The notes beneath the pieces were generated by a model that did no database searches, had not been told where the DNA came from, and saw only the letters and a program-made list of their open reading frames with translations. A DNA stretch of 61,708 bases, filler included. It is 3 parts of 3 records of this genome, joined end to end, with 100 filler letters (N's around TTAATTAATTAA, not from the genome) between each part and the next. Parts side by side here need not be neighbours in the genome. Positions count along the whole stretch, not along the records: positions 1 to 16,934 come from SRR22947725_4458; 2 more parts are not named here. One strand, given 5' to 3'. A program made the translations under genes and the position numbers. Below, piece after piece: positions 1-10,333 of the stretch. Position 1 is the first letter of the stretch. Every line of letters begins with the position of its first letter.

Positions 1-183
1 AGAATTAAGGATTAGCCGCTTGCCCGTCAACTTTGTCTGACAATGCCATCTCGATCAAACTTCTTCCAACCTTTGCCTGCGAAAACATCGTGACCAACCT
101 GCAACGCAACATTGGCGCAATCGACACTGACCTTTTTGTAGACAATCCGGCTCATCGCGAACTTCCCAGAAGTCGATATAGTA

Positions 184-687
184 TCAAAGCTTAATTCCTG
201 TGCCCACCAACGAAACAATTAATCCATTTTTTTTGAAATCACCAAGAATTATATAGTCCACACTAAGGCCAATGATAGCATTGGCGTCCAACCTAATTGC
301 CTTAGCCTTAAGCTCGAGCATGGCCATTTCGATTGCATGTTGAAGAAAATCAGATTTTTGTTCCGGCTTTTTACGCAAAAAATTCCATACACGTTTTGTG
401 ACTGGAGTTCTTTTGAATTCATAGTGAAAATCAGTTGTTATTACCCCGCAGCGTGCCTTTATCCTCATGTTTGTGGTGTTTTCCGTTGTAACCAACATGT
501 CCTGAAACTTATTGAACACATTTTCAGTAGATCGTTGAGTTGTGGACATGCCCGGATCTTTGGAGGTTATTATTTTAGTTTGCACTCGATGCTTTACATG
601 GCAAGTAATGCATAACCCATTGTACTGAGAAGCAGCCTGACTTTCAGCATAACCCATCGAAATAGAGCACTCACGACACTTTGCCAA
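184..687 (-). CDS. YbjQ/UPF0145-like (heavy-metal-binding) domain protein with N-terminal CxxC...CxxC zinc ribbon
   Basis: C-terminal part MLVTTENT...AMLELKAKAIRLDANAIIGLSVDY...VSLVGTGIKL fits the YbjQ pattern; N-terminus has CREC and CITC; GAGGA RBS before the TTG start. Confidence 0.65.
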   Translation of the reverse strand: MAKCRECSISMGYAESQAASQYNGLCITCHVKHRVQTKIITSKDPGMSTTQRSTENVFNKFQDMLVTTENTTNMRIKARCGVITTDFHYEFKRTPVTKRVWNFLRKKPEQKSDFLQHAIEMAMLELKAKAIRLDANAIIGLSVDYIILGDFKKNGLIVSLVGTGIKL

Positions 688-784
688 ATTCTTTATCCTC
701 TCCAGAGCATTGAAGGATGTAGACTTTTGTAAATAAGCTTCATGTGTTTAACAAAAGGCTTCATCCCATAGAATTAGTATAAAT

Positions 785-1627
785 CTATCGGGTCATTTTT
801 TCTATCATATCAGAGTTAGTTTGCATCATCCTTGCTGATCCATTAAATTGTTGTTGCGCACGGATCATGTTTGTCATTTCCGTCGTGATATCAACATTAG
901 AACCTTCAACATAGCCCGTCTCTAAATTACCAAAACCTGATGAATTTGGAATACCAACAAAAAATTTCCCTGCGAGAGCCGAAGGCAAATACTTACCATC
1001 ACCTAACTGTTTCAAACTGTTTGGATTTGAAAAGATAGAAAGTGGAATGGTTCCAACGACCGTATCGTCACCCCGTCCAAATGCAGCTAGAATATTGCCA
1101 TTGCTTTCAATTCTAATACTTGAAAGCGGCTCCTCGTTTTCTTCAATCGGAACCTGAATTTTTTCCAGTGCAGTCGCATCCAATTCTTCCAGATCCGCAG
1201 TGACACCGCCCACAGCAGGCAGGCCCAGAACAAAATCTCCATCTTGAGAAACTAAGAAGCCTTCGGAGTCGAGAGAAAAGGCTCCATTTCGTGTTAACTG
1301 GAAACCTAACTCACCTTCTGCTAGCTCAACGTCTGCATCTGCAGGGCGCTCCGTCATAAAATATCCGTTGCCTACAATCGCGGTATCTAACGCGCCGCCC
1401 ATTTCAATTAAGGCACCTTGTGCATCACTACGCCTTGTATGTTCAGCATTTGCACCATTACCAACAAGCGCTCTCTCGACGCCCCCTACAGTTCTACCAA
1501 TGTAGAATTCAGAAAACGAAACCGAGCTTTTTTTGTACCCTATAGAATTTGAATTGGAAATATTGTTTGAAATCATTGACAGCTCCTGCATCGCAGTATC
1601 CATGCCAGACTTAATTATAGAAAACAT
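785..1627 (-). CDS. Extra flagellar hook/rod-family protein (FlgE/FlgG-like, ~280 aa, no D2 domain)
   Basis: ISNNISNSNSIGYKKS N-terminus, LDTAIVGNGYF and TRNGAF D1 motifs, C-terminal EGSNVDITTEMTNMIRAQ; AGGAG RBS supports the ATG at 1627 rather than 1660. Confidence 0.85.
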   Translation of the reverse strand: MFSIIKSGMDTAMQELSMISNNISNSNSIGYKKSSVSFSEFYIGRTVGGVERALVGNGANAEHTRRSDAQGALIEMGGALDTAIVGNGYFMTERPADADVELAEGELGFQLTRNGAFSLDSEGFLVSQDGDFVLGLPAVGGVTADLEELDATALEKIQVPIEENEEPLSSIRIESNGNILAAFGRGDDTVVGTIPLSIFSNPNSLKQLGDGKYLPSALAGKFFVGIPNSSGFGNLETGYVEGSNVDITTEMTNMIRAQQQFNGSARMMQTNSDMIEKMTR

Positions 1628-1655
1628 TACTGAGGCTCCTCTTCTGATAGGTATG

Positions 1656-1672
1656 AGCAATTTTTATGCCAA
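1656..1672 (-). promoter_or_regulatory. sigma54 (-24/-12) promoter of the extra flgE/G-like gene
   Basis: Minus strand TTGGCATAAAAATTGCT; exact GG-N10-GC spacing, ~30 nt upstream of the start codon. Confidence 0.8.
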
Positions 1673-1722
1673 AGTTGAGGCAAATATTAGCCCCTCCGAT
1701 TACGCTAGACATGTATGAAGAT

Positions 1723-2991
1723 CTATCCCATGAAGTCGAACAAATTTTTACTACTCAGGCGAGCAAATGTTGCTTGCGCAGCTTCTTTATTTGTCAGCAA
1801 TTCCTGAAGCTTAGTAAGTAACTCTGCCATATCTGCATCTTCAATTTTGGAAATATCTTCACTTAAATCAACGAGAGTGTTTTGCGTACTATCAACAAAA
1901 TTTTGAGCGGTACTGGAAGCCACACCCAACTCTGTACGCTTTGATATGAAATGTTCAAAAACATTATGCAATTTATTTTGAACAGCCAAATTAGATAGTG
2001 AATGTGGTAAAATTATTTCATCACTTACGTTTGAGCCAACTGTCTTTTGTACCCCAATCGATTGATCCGCTGTATTGGGCAAATCAGTAACGAAATTTGA
2101 AATTTTAAGGTCAACGCCATTTCCCGAAAGTCTAATTTTATTAGCTGAAGATACCACCGCAGTTATACCTGACGCAGAAGTATGTTGGTTTATCGCAGCA
2201 ACCAGCCCATTAAAATCATTTGCATAAACATGAGCTTCAACATTATAAATTGCGCCATTAGCTGAAAGATCAAATTTATATTCGTTCATTTGTCCTGAAG
2301 CAGGCAGCACCACGTCTACAGCTGTTCCGTTTGAGAGCAAATTTGAAGATGACCCAGCATAAATACCATAGTCTAGGCTTCTAGAAAATTCATCAAGAGC
2401 TTCAAATATAGAAAATTTTTCATTTCCTGTGTTTGCAGAAAGAAAAACTTCTGTGCCAGAGAAATTCTGTCTTAAATCGCTACCGCGCGAAACTTGCAAA
2501 GTTTTGTTAACAGCTGAACCTACGTAGTTAACTTCACCTAAATTATTAATCTCAAAAGGTTTAGCCGCTACCGACGTGCCAGAAAAATATCCATTTCCAA
2601 GAGCGTCTTGTCCATTTGCGAGGCTAAGAATTTCTTTTTTAATATTAGCAATTTCAATTTGAAACAATTTTCGTTCTTCAGAAGTTAGAAAACCATTTGA
2701 AATCTCAATATGCATTTCTTTCAAACGCACCGAAGCATTCTGCAATTGTTCAAAACTTATATCAATTCTCTCAAGATCAGAAACTATCTGTTCGGCATTA
2801 CTCTTGAACTGAGTGATCTCGAGTTTGTGTTCTTCCGATGCATTTAAGAGCGATATGTCTTGAATATCATGCTTTAATGATAAAGATTTTTTTCCCGTAC
2901 TTACCTGAACTTGTAGATCACTAACCTCATTATTCAAGCGTGAAAAAAGATCTATATTTTTTTGATAAAATCCAGAAGTAGATATCGTCAT
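1723..2991 (-). CDS. flgL: Flagellar hook-associated protein 3 FlgL (enlarged)
   Basis: QVSTGKK, LANGQDALGNGYFSG, C-terminal SKIEDADMAE...NLFDF; follows flgK; GGAG RBS favours the ATG at 2991. Confidence 0.9.
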   Translation of the reverse strand: MTISTSGFYQKNIDLFSRLNNEVSDLQVQVSTGKKSLSLKHDIQDISLLNASEEHKLEITQFKSNAEQIVSDLERIDISFEQLQNASVRLKEMHIEISNGFLTSEERKLFQIEIANIKKEILSLANGQDALGNGYFSGTSVAAKPFEINNLGEVNYVGSAVNKTLQVSRGSDLRQNFSGTEVFLSANTGNEKFSIFEALDEFSRSLDYGIYAGSSSNLLSNGTAVDVVLPASGQMNEYKFDLSANGAIYNVEAHVYANDFNGLVAAINQHTSASGITAVVSSANKIRLSGNGVDLKISNFVTDLPNTADQSIGVQKTVGSNVSDEIILPHSLSNLAVQNKLHNVFEHFISKRTELGVASSTAQNFVDSTQNTLVDLSEDISKIEDADMAELLTKLQELLTNKEAAQATFARLSSKNLFDFMG

Positions 2992-3006
2992 ATTATTCAA
3001 CTCCCG

Positions 3007-6000
3007 CTACATTGATCGCAATAAGGTGTCTAGTAATTCACGAGCTGTAGTTAGCACCCGAGCGAGCGCCTGATAGGCCTGCTGTTGCTCCATTAAGCGT
3101 GCAGCTTCAGTATCGAGGTCAACACCTGTGAATTCATTTTTAATATCCACGGCCAATTGATAAGCTACTTGATTACTTTCTAACGTTTGCTGATTAGCCT
3201 GAATTTCTGCGCCTGTACTAGACACAATATTACCAAAAATTTCGGCATATCCACCAACACCAGTCTGATTATTGCTTAACGACGTATCTAACATATTGTT
3301 TAGATTGCTCGCATCATCAGCATTAGTTGATACTAATACCTTAAACGCGTCACCACCCGCTACTGCACCATCGAAGTCCAACGACAATCCCTGAAACGTA
3401 GTATTATTATCGCTAGCAATTGAACGCGTCCCCACAATATGCCCGGATTGAAAATCATAAATATCGATACTTGTTGGGTCCGCTTTGTTAACCTCGATAG
3501 AATATTCTCTTGTCTCGCTCGTCGTCGCAGTCTTTATTTCTCCAATAGCCAATGGATTGCGAGTGCCGCTCGAAATAAAAATTAAATCTTCACCACGCAT
3601 TCCATCAATAGACAAAACTTCACTGGCCAACGAATTCACCGCCACACTAGACCTAACCCTTTGATCCCCAATATTTGAAATTCTCAAGCCTTCATTAGAA
3701 GCTATGAGCTGTGCCGATATCGTAGAAATGCCATAATTCTTGGAGACCACATTAGATTTTATTCTTATATTCTTATCCCTAGAAGGATTGTCATTTACCA
3801 CCACTTTCACACGAATTTGTGTTGCCACATTTGGGTTCACTTCCGTGGAAAAAGACATCCAGGACGGTAGAGAACCAGACGTTAAGGCTACGGTATTGTT
3901 CGTCGTATCAAAGGAGAAGTCATATTCTGTGTCCCCAATCATCACGGAACCGATGTCATTGTTACTGGCAATAGTTTGCTCAAAATACTTAGAATATATT
4001 TCCGTTTTGGATGTATTTGAAATATGAAAATCAGCGGCCGTTTGGCTGGTATTAGAAGACGAATAGGTAATGCCGTGCCCACTGACAACACCATTATTAG
4101 CCGTTGCAGTTAGCCGGATTCCAGAGCTATCCGATTCAAAATTCACTGTTAAACGATCTGCTTCAGGTCCAGTTACAACAAATTTGGAACTCGAAATGAG
4201 CTCTGAAAGGCCAGCTGAACCTGAATAAGTATTAGTGCCAACAATAACGTTAGTACCTTGAACTTGGACGTCGTCATCTATGTTTAACGTGGCGGTATAT
4301 GTCTGTTCACCTATAGAAAATTGGATCTGCGATCCATCGCTAGGAAAACCATCCGTCAAGTCAAATGTGTCTCCAAAAAATACAGTAGATGTTGCCAGAT
4401 CTCGTAAATTTGAAGCCAAATTACTAGAGATAACACCGGTAGAAAATTCATCAGCTTTCTGGGGCACAAAACTACTTTCTAAATTTCCAAACACTGGATC
4501 AGAAAGAGTTAAACTGTATTTTGATGCTGATGATACAACATTAATATTACTTGCATCCGCATACCCGCTGTCCAATTTATAATTTGCATAAAAACTGATA
4601 TCAGTATGGTCATTTTCGATGTCAAAACTTTTACTGGAAAACCCCATATCAAAGGCTGAGTTAGTGCTGTTTAAATTGTTACCATTGTAGCTAGCCGTGA
4701 AGTCAGAGGTGCTTTTCATCTGCACATTGCCACCAATGACAAGGTGCTGCCCATCAGAAAGTGTCTTAGAATTTGTTAGCATTCTATCACCAAATCGATC
4801 TAATTGATTTACTGAAATTCCAACACCACTGTCTAAATTTACAGTTTTCAATGCGATATCGCCAGCGTCAACATGCTCTAAGATAACACCAGAATTTCCG
4901 CTCGAATAGGCTTTCACCCCAGTCGTGTCTGAAAACGAGTTGATTTGACTTATTAAGCCAGCATGTGAACCATTTGATACAGTTGTACTAATTTGCACGG
5001 TAGATAAGTTGTTTCCAACCAACTCAAATTCCACTAAGCCGTTTGCAATCCCAGATAATTCAACCAAATTTGAAGCAGTGGCACTTATTCCCAAACTGCT
5101 AAGACCCGTTGATAGGCTTTTAGCAATTTGCCCCGCCATCATACCGCTTTCAAAGGTAACGCTAGCACTTCGGCCACTAGCGGTTGTTACCGAAACAGGA
5201 CCAACCAATTGTGTTCGATTTGTTGGAAAGGCATTAGACGCATATACGGAAACATTATTATTAATACTGTCAGGAAAACCTGCGCCAGATAAAGAAATGA
5301 CATCTAGACCTTCAGTTGTCTTTCTAGTGACATTAGCACCTGAAAAGCCTTCATTCGATGATGTTGGCAAATAATTCGCTCTATAAATTGCTTCGCTTGA
5401 AAATCCATTTTCTCGTGTCAGGTAACTTGTTACTTCATCCTGGCTTAAGGTCTTTCCTGAAATTTGTATGCCTTCTTTGGTAAATACGCTCAAATCAGAC
5501 AGGCCAGTATCCTCCCTGGCCAAGATACCAGAAACTCCACCTAATGAACCAGATTCTAACGCCGGAAAATTAGAATTTGACGCCTGCGCTGCCGAAGAAA
5601 TTACGAAACTTGACCCCGATGCAACTGCATGAAGTCCAAGGTCCCTGAACGACTTTAAGGAACTATTTGAGACTATCGCCCCATTATTTAAAATTTCGGC
5701 CAGATCATTCGTTGTATCTAAGTCGTCAAATACAGACGAAATATTAAAAGTGTAGTTAGTTGAATTAAGGGTTACGCTTAATTGGTCAGACGAGCTCAAT
5801 TGAGTTATGTCAGTAAAAATCCGTAAACTTGACTGTGATTTTAAAATCGAGAGTTCTTCAATGGAGCCAACATTTTCAATTACGCCCAAAACACCCAAAG
5901 AGTTAAAACTTGCTGGATTCGCTGCATTTCGTGTGTCTGAAAATAAGCTTTGTAAGTTGGAATTACCGAGAGGAGTATTCTCATTGAAATATCCAATATT

Positions 6001-7344
6001 TAACTTAGACGAGCCAGAGTTTTTAATGTCTGGCTCAACAGAATGAAGACCTGCTGCCGCTAATTTACTTGCATCAGAAATTAAAACTGCCATGTCAGCG
6101 CCAGAAGTATCAGTCACCTCTATGAAAAATTTATCTCCATTTTTTGGCTGTCCCTCAACCGAAATACTTAACTCTCCAAGTTCTAATCGGGATACAAAAT
6201 TTGGTATGGATTCACCCTTACTGCTGGAGACGCTCCAGGAGCCACGTTCCGCATTAAAAATCATTTGTAATTTTGATCCGACTAAACTGTCATTAAAACC
6301 CTCTACCCTTAACGAAATAGCCCCTATATTTGCAGCAGATTTTTGTACAGATACGGCACCTAAACTGAACAAATCAGTTCCCCGTTCTCCATTTAAATCC
6401 AAACCCATGCGATGAATTGAATTCATCTCCAACACAAATTTTTGAGCTAGAGCATTTACTTCAGAAATAGTTTTTCCAGCTAAATTATCGGCAGACACCA
6501 ATCCAGCCAATTGCCCTGAAGAGAAATGGATGCTGGAGAGATTTCCGTTCGGACCATTTAGATACGACTTGATCCCATGGTCATCTGCTTTAAAGGAAAT
6601 TTCGTTAAAGGAATTACCCTCCAAAAGCGTTGCGACCTCACCAAATTTACCCAGAGATACCGTAACACCACCATTTTTATGGTATTCAACACTAATGTCA
6701 GCGAGCTGGCTTATGTTTGAAAGTAGGCTATCCCGCTTATCTAAAAGTGAGTTGGGAGCCCCACTTTTATTCGCATTCCCTAATATTTCATTCTGTATGT
6801 TCGAAAGGTTGCGTAAGTTAGTATTGAACTCTCCTGCCGCAAGGGACAGGGTGTCGTGCGTGAGCGTTCGAAGATCACTCAGTCCAGAATGTAATTGCGA
6901 AATCTCTCTCGAAACAGCCTTCGCTCCAGTAAGCGCTAATGTTCTGAGGTTCATATCAGAAGGGTCTTGGGCAAGGCTATTAATACCGTCAAAAAATTCA
7001 CTTATGCGGGTACCAACTGTGGCACCCTTAGGTATCAGTACATTTTCAAGGCGGTTTAAAATTTCAGACTTTGATTTCGAAAATGAGAACGACGAGGACG
7101 CATTTTGTAATTGTAGATCTAGAAACTGGTCGAATGCTCTAGTGATGCCTCCCATTCGCACACCCAAGCCACTTGTTTTGGAAATTGTCAAAACATCAGC
7201 ACTAGCTACAGTAATTTCCTCGATTGAAGCATCTCGTCTCGCGTAGCCCTCCGTGCCAACGTTTGCAATATTTTGACCTGTAGCTGCTAGGCTACTTTTG
7301 TATGCGCTAATGCCGGCCTTACCAATATCAAATAAGTCTCCCAT
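3007..7344 (-). CDS. flgK: Flagellar hook-associated protein 1 FlgK, giant (1445 aa)
   Basis: N-terminal GQNIANVGTEGYARR, LLDKRD motif, C-terminal GVDLDTEAARLMEQQQAYQALAR; large central insertion. Confidence 0.92.
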   Translation of the reverse strand: MGDLFDIGKAGISAYKSSLAATGQNIANVGTEGYARRDASIEEITVASADVLTISKTSGLGVRMGGITRAFDQFLDLQLQNASSSFSFSKSKSEILNRLENVLIPKGATVGTRISEFFDGINSLAQDPSDMNLRTLALTGAKAVSREISQLHSGLSDLRTLTHDTLSLAAGEFNTNLRNLSNIQNEILGNANKSGAPNSLLDKRDSLLSNISQLADISVEYHKNGGVTVSLGKFGEVATLLEGNSFNEISFKADDHGIKSYLNGPNGNLSSIHFSSGQLAGLVSADNLAGKTISEVNALAQKFVLEMNSIHRMGLDLNGERGTDLFSLGAVSVQKSAANIGAISLRVEGFNDSLVGSKLQMIFNAERGSWSVSSSKGESIPNFVSRLELGELSISVEGQPKNGDKFFIEVTDTSGADMAVLISDASKLAAAGLHSVEPDIKNSGSSKLNIGYFNENTPLGNSNLQSLFSDTRNAANPASFNSLGVLGVIENVGSIEELSILKSQSSLRIFTDITQLSSSDQLSVTLNSTNYTFNISSVFDDLDTTNDLAEILNNGAIVSNSSLKSFRDLGLHAVASGSSFVISSAAQASNSNFPALESGSLGGVSGILAREDTGLSDLSVFTKEGIQISGKTLSQDEVTSYLTRENGFSSEAIYRANYLPTSSNEGFSGANVTRKTTEGLDVISLSGAGFPDSINNNVSVYASNAFPTNRTQLVGPVSVTTASGRSASVTFESGMMAGQIAKSLSTGLSSLGISATASNLVELSGIANGLVEFELVGNNLSTVQISTTVSNGSHAGLISQINSFSDTTGVKAYSSGNSGVILEHVDAGDIALKTVNLDSGVGISVNQLDRFGDRMLTNSKTLSDGQHLVIGGNVQMKSTSDFTASYNGNNLNSTNSAFDMGFSSKSFDIENDHTDISFYANYKLDSGYADASNINVVSSASKYSLTLSDPVFGNLESSFVPQKADEFSTGVISSNLASNLRDLATSTVFFGDTFDLTDGFPSDGSQIQFSIGEQTYTATLNIDDDVQVQGTNVIVGTNTYSGSAGLSELISSSKFVVTGPEADRLTVNFESDSSGIRLTATANNGVVSGHGITYSSSNTSQTAADFHISNTSKTEIYSKYFEQTIASNNDIGSVMIGDTEYDFSFDTTNNTVALTSGSLPSWMSFSTEVNPNVATQIRVKVVVNDNPSRDKNIRIKSNVVSKNYGISTISAQLIASNEGLRISNIGDQRVRSSVAVNSLASEVLSIDGMRGEDLIFISSGTRNPLAIGEIKTATTSETREYSIEVNKADPTSIDIYDFQSGHIVGTRSIASDNNTTFQGLSLDFDGAVAGGDAFKVLVSTNADDASNLNNMLDTSLSNNQTGVGGYAEIFGNIVSSTGAEIQANQQTLESNQVAYQLAVDIKNEFTGVDLDTEAARLMEQQQAYQALARVLTTARELLDTLLRSM

Positions 7345-7353
7345 TTTGGCGCC

Positions 7354-7674
7354 CTATTTAACCAAATCAGTTCGCAACTGACGGACGATCACATCTCTTA
7401 GGCCTAAGTTAAAAGATGTGCTTCCAGCCTGAGACAGTTCACTATCAAACATCTCTTGAAAGTTATCACTTGCGGTAGAACCCAGAAGGTCATCGCTCAA
7501 TTTGCTTTGACGAGCCTGATCTAGAAACATTTTTAGAAATATTGCTTCAAACTGGCTGGCTGCCTCCTCTAATTCTGTTAAATTTTGCAGTTTGGCTCCA
7601 CCCGAGGGATCCATATTTAATTTTGACGTTTTAAACTTGGTCAACATTTCCGCTTGGTTGGGAATATTAGTCAC
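7354..7674 (-). CDS. flgJ: Rod-cap FlgJ, single rod-binding domain (no muramidase)
   Basis: LEEAASQFEAIFLKMFLDQAR...FQEMFDSELS...LGLRDVIVRQL; 106 aa; lies between flgI and flgK. Confidence 0.88.
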   Translation of the reverse strand: MTNIPNQAEMLTKFKTSKLNMDPSGGAKLQNLTELEEAASQFEAIFLKMFLDQARQSKLSDDLLGSTASDNFQEMFDSELSQAGSTSFNLGLRDVIVRQLRTDLVK

Positions 7675-7686
7675 TTAACTACACTC

Positions 7687-8811
7687 CTATATCACAATCA
7701 ATTCAGCATTGAGAGCTCCAGCCTCTCTCAATGCTTCAAGTATTGCGACCAAATCTGATGATGTCGCTCCCACTGCGTTGATTGAATCAACGATGTCGCT
7801 TAATGAAACTCCCTGACCGAATAGAAACGCTTTGGCCACATCTTCTTCAACTTCTATTTCAGTATCTGGATTTTGCACTGCAGGGCCTGCATTTGCATTG
7901 GCGCCTGCACCAACAGCCAACGCATCTGCTTGATCAACATTTACATTTTCATTTACCGTAACTTTTAGGGATCCGTGCGCAACAGCCGCCGGCATAACTT
8001 TAACATCACCACTTATAACTATAGTACCAGTTCTAGAGTTGATAATTATTTTTGCAGGCGGTGAAGCTTTCTCGACATCTAAATTTTCTAACATTGAAAC
8101 AAAGCCGACCTTTTGACTTGGATCATTTGGAGCCCGAACACGAATACTATTTTTATCCAATGGCATAGCCATTCCATCACCAAACGTTTCATTTATAGCT
8201 TGTGAGATATTCAATGCAGTTGAGAAATCGCCTTGATGTAAATTTAAAATTACGAAATCAGTATCAAGAAAAGCTGTTTCCACCATTCTCTCAACCGATG
8301 CACCCCCAGGTATGCGTCCAACTGTTGGTATATTAACTGTTAAAGATGAATTATCCGCACCCTCAACTCCCAATCCGCCAACCACCACATTTCCCTGAGC
8401 AATAGCATATGTCTCTCCATCAGAACCCAGCAAAGGCGACATCAAAAGTGTACCGCCTTTTAACGATTCCGATCCGCCGATTGTGGAAACTGTAACATCG
8501 ATAGTTTGCCCAGGTTTAGAGAAAGGCGGCAACTCCGCCGTCAACATAACTGCTGCCGCATTGTCACCATTAAATCCATCTAACGCACTTGTAATCCCAA
8601 ATCGAGCTACGAGGGACTGCATAGATTGCAATGTAATCCCGGTATTCCCATCCCCGGATCCAGCTAGTCCCACTACGATCCCATAGCCCACAAGCTGGTT
8701 TGAGCGTATGCCCGCAAGTGAGGTAAGGTCTTTTATTCTATCGGCCTGTGCAGGCAAAATAAAAGACTGGAAAAGTCCACAAAACAGAAGAAGGCTGATT
8801 AATTTTTTCAT
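7687..8811 (-). CDS. flgI: Flagellar P-ring protein FlgI
   Basis: Signal peptide then RIKD...[42 protein letters not shown]-terminal AGALNAEL. Confidence 0.97.
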   Translation of the reverse strand: MKKLISLLLFCGLFQSFILPAQADRIKDLTSLAGIRSNQLVGYGIVVGLAGSGDGNTGITLQSMQSLVARFGITSALDGFNGDNAAAVMLTAELPPFSKPGQTIDVTVSTIGGSESLKGGTLLMSPLLGSDGETYAIAQGNVVVGGLGVEGADNSSLTVNIPTVGRIPGGASVERMVETAFLDTDFVILNLHQGDFSTALNISQAINETFGDGMAMPLDKNSIRVRAPNDPSQKVGFVSMLENLDVEKASPPAKIIINSRTGTIVISGDVKVMPAAVAHGSLKVTVNENVNVDQADALAVGAGANANAGPAVQNPDTEIEVEEDVAKAFLFGQGVSLSDIVDSINAVGATSSDLVAILEALREAGALNAELIVI

Positions 8812-8822
8812 TGGGACAACTC

Positions 8823-9479
8823 TTATAAAGGATTAATTGTATCAAGGATCTTGCTGTACCAACCCTTTTTACCTGATGCAGCGATGTCTCCTGCGCCAAT
8901 GTATTGAATATTTGCGTTTGCTATACGGTCAGACGACACAATATTTTTTTCATTAATGTCTTTTGGCCTTACAATGCCATGAACCCGAATATACTCATCA
9001 CCGTTATTTAAAGTGAGCTTTTTTTGACCTAAAATTTCGAGATTTCCATTCTGGAAAACGCGCACTACGTGCACTGAAACTTGTCCATTCAAAGAATTTG
9101 ATTGTGCTGACGAGCCACTACCAGAAAAAGTATTTGCCAAACTAGAACCCAATTTTGTGGATAACTCGGGAGTGCCTAGTGCAGTCGGCAAAGAAATCGA
9201 ACTGTCGTTTGATTTCGCCGTGGCTGCATTTTGTGATTTTGTCGCTTGAAAACTTTCTGCAAATTGGACCGTAATAATGTCGCCAACCATTTGAGCTCTA
9301 CTTTCCATAGAAAATAGATTACCCCTGGTCGCATTAAAAATTGTACCCGAACGATTATTTGTTTCCACGAGAGGCATTTCTTGAGGATACATTGGTTCAA
9401 AGTCGATGCTTACACGATCTGCATTATGCTGGGCGCAGCCAGAGAGCATAATCACTAAAACTGGAACTATTTTATGCAT
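8823..9479 (-). CDS. flgH: Flagellar L-ring lipoprotein FlgH
   Basis: Lipobox [55 protein letters not shown]. Confidence 0.96.
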   Translation of the reverse strand: MHKIVPVLVIMLSGCAQHNADRVSIDFEPMYPQEMPLVETNNRSGTIFNATRGNLFSMESRAQMVGDIITVQFAESFQATKSQNAATAKSNDSSISLPTALGTPELSTKLGSSLANTFSGSGSSAQSNSLNGQVSVHVVRVFQNGNLEILGQKKLTLNNGDEYIRVHGIVRPKDINEKNIVSSDRIANANIQYIGAGDIAASGKKGWYSKILDTINPL

Positions 9480-9487
9480 AATTTCGC

Positions 9488-10276
9488 CTATAAATTATTT
9501 GAAATGTAACGCATCATTTCGTCCACAGCGGTTATGGATTTTGAGCTAACTTCATAAGCACGCTGTGTTTCAATCATATCTACTAATTGCTGCACCACAT
9601 TCACATTTGAGCCCTCAACAAATCCCTGTATGACGGAGCCAAAACCACCATCTAAGGGTGCGCCCTCCTGTGGCTGACCGCTCTCTGATGATTCAACCAA
9701 AAAGTTCTGTCCAATTGGAAGCAGACCGCGCGGATTTCCAAAATTTACAAGAGAAATCTGGCCCACCTCTTGCGCAAAAGCGTTTCCAGCCACAGTAACA
9801 TTAACGGCCCCATTCGCTGCAATATTAATATTTGTTGCGTCCTCTGGGATTTCGACCTGTGGCTGAACGACATAACCGCTAGCTGTAGTCAGCAACCCCT
9901 CTGCATTACGCGAAAACGCACCGTCCCGCGTATAACCAACACTACCATCTGGCAATAAAGCTTGGAAAAAGCCTTCACCATCAATTGCAAGATCAAGCGA
10001 ATTATCCGTAGCGACTAGGCCGCCCTGGGTGAAAAGTTTTTGAGTACTCACCACCTTCACACCAGTACCCACCGCAAGTGGAGACGTCAGTGAAGTATCA
10101 TCAGCAGTCTGTGCTCCAGCTTCTTTTATTACTTGGTAAAAAAGGGTTTCAAAATTTGCCCGGTCACGTTTAAAGCCAGTGGTATTAACGTTGGCCAAAT
10201 TGTTCGCAATTACCTGCATTTTGAATTGTTGGGCATTTAGCCCAGTTTTTGCCACGTGCATTGCGGTTGTTGACAT
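9488..10276 (-). CDS. flgG: Distal rod protein FlgG
   Basis: AKTGLNAQQ...IANNLANVNTTGFKRDRANF, LDLAIDGEGFF, EGSNVNVVQQLVDMIETQRAYE. Confidence 0.97.
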   Translation of the reverse strand: MSTTAMHVAKTGLNAQQFKMQVIANNLANVNTTGFKRDRANFETLFYQVIKEAGAQTADDTSLTSPLAVGTGVKVVSTQKLFTQGGLVATDNSLDLAIDGEGFFQALLPDGSVGYTRDGAFSRNAEGLLTTASGYVVQPQVEIPEDATNINIAANGAVNVTVAGNAFAQEVGQISLVNFGNPRGLLPIGQNFLVESSESGQPQEGAPLDGGFGSVIQGFVEGSNVNVVQQLVDMIETQRAYEVSSKSITAVDEMMRYISNNL

Positions 10277-10311
10277 TTCTTCGACCTTTCAACTGACTTA
10301 CGCAGTAGAAG

Positions 10312-10328
10312 AGCAAGGATCGTGCCAA
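10312..10328 (-). promoter_or_regulatory. sigma54 promoter upstream of flgG
   Basis: Minus strand TTGGCACGATCCTTGCT, matching the TGGCACG-N4-TTGC consensus exactly, in the flgF-flgG gap. Confidence 0.9.
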
Positions 10329-10333
10329 ACAAA

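Noticed and set aside
27-218. 63-aa minus-strand ORF at the window start
   Set aside because: Overlaps the YbjQ-like gene end, has no recognisable family and no convincing RBS; cannot be supported
3740-7246. Several long plus-strand ORFs (up to 238 aa) opposite flgK
   Set aside because: Antisense shadows of a well-supported gene; no recognisable motifs
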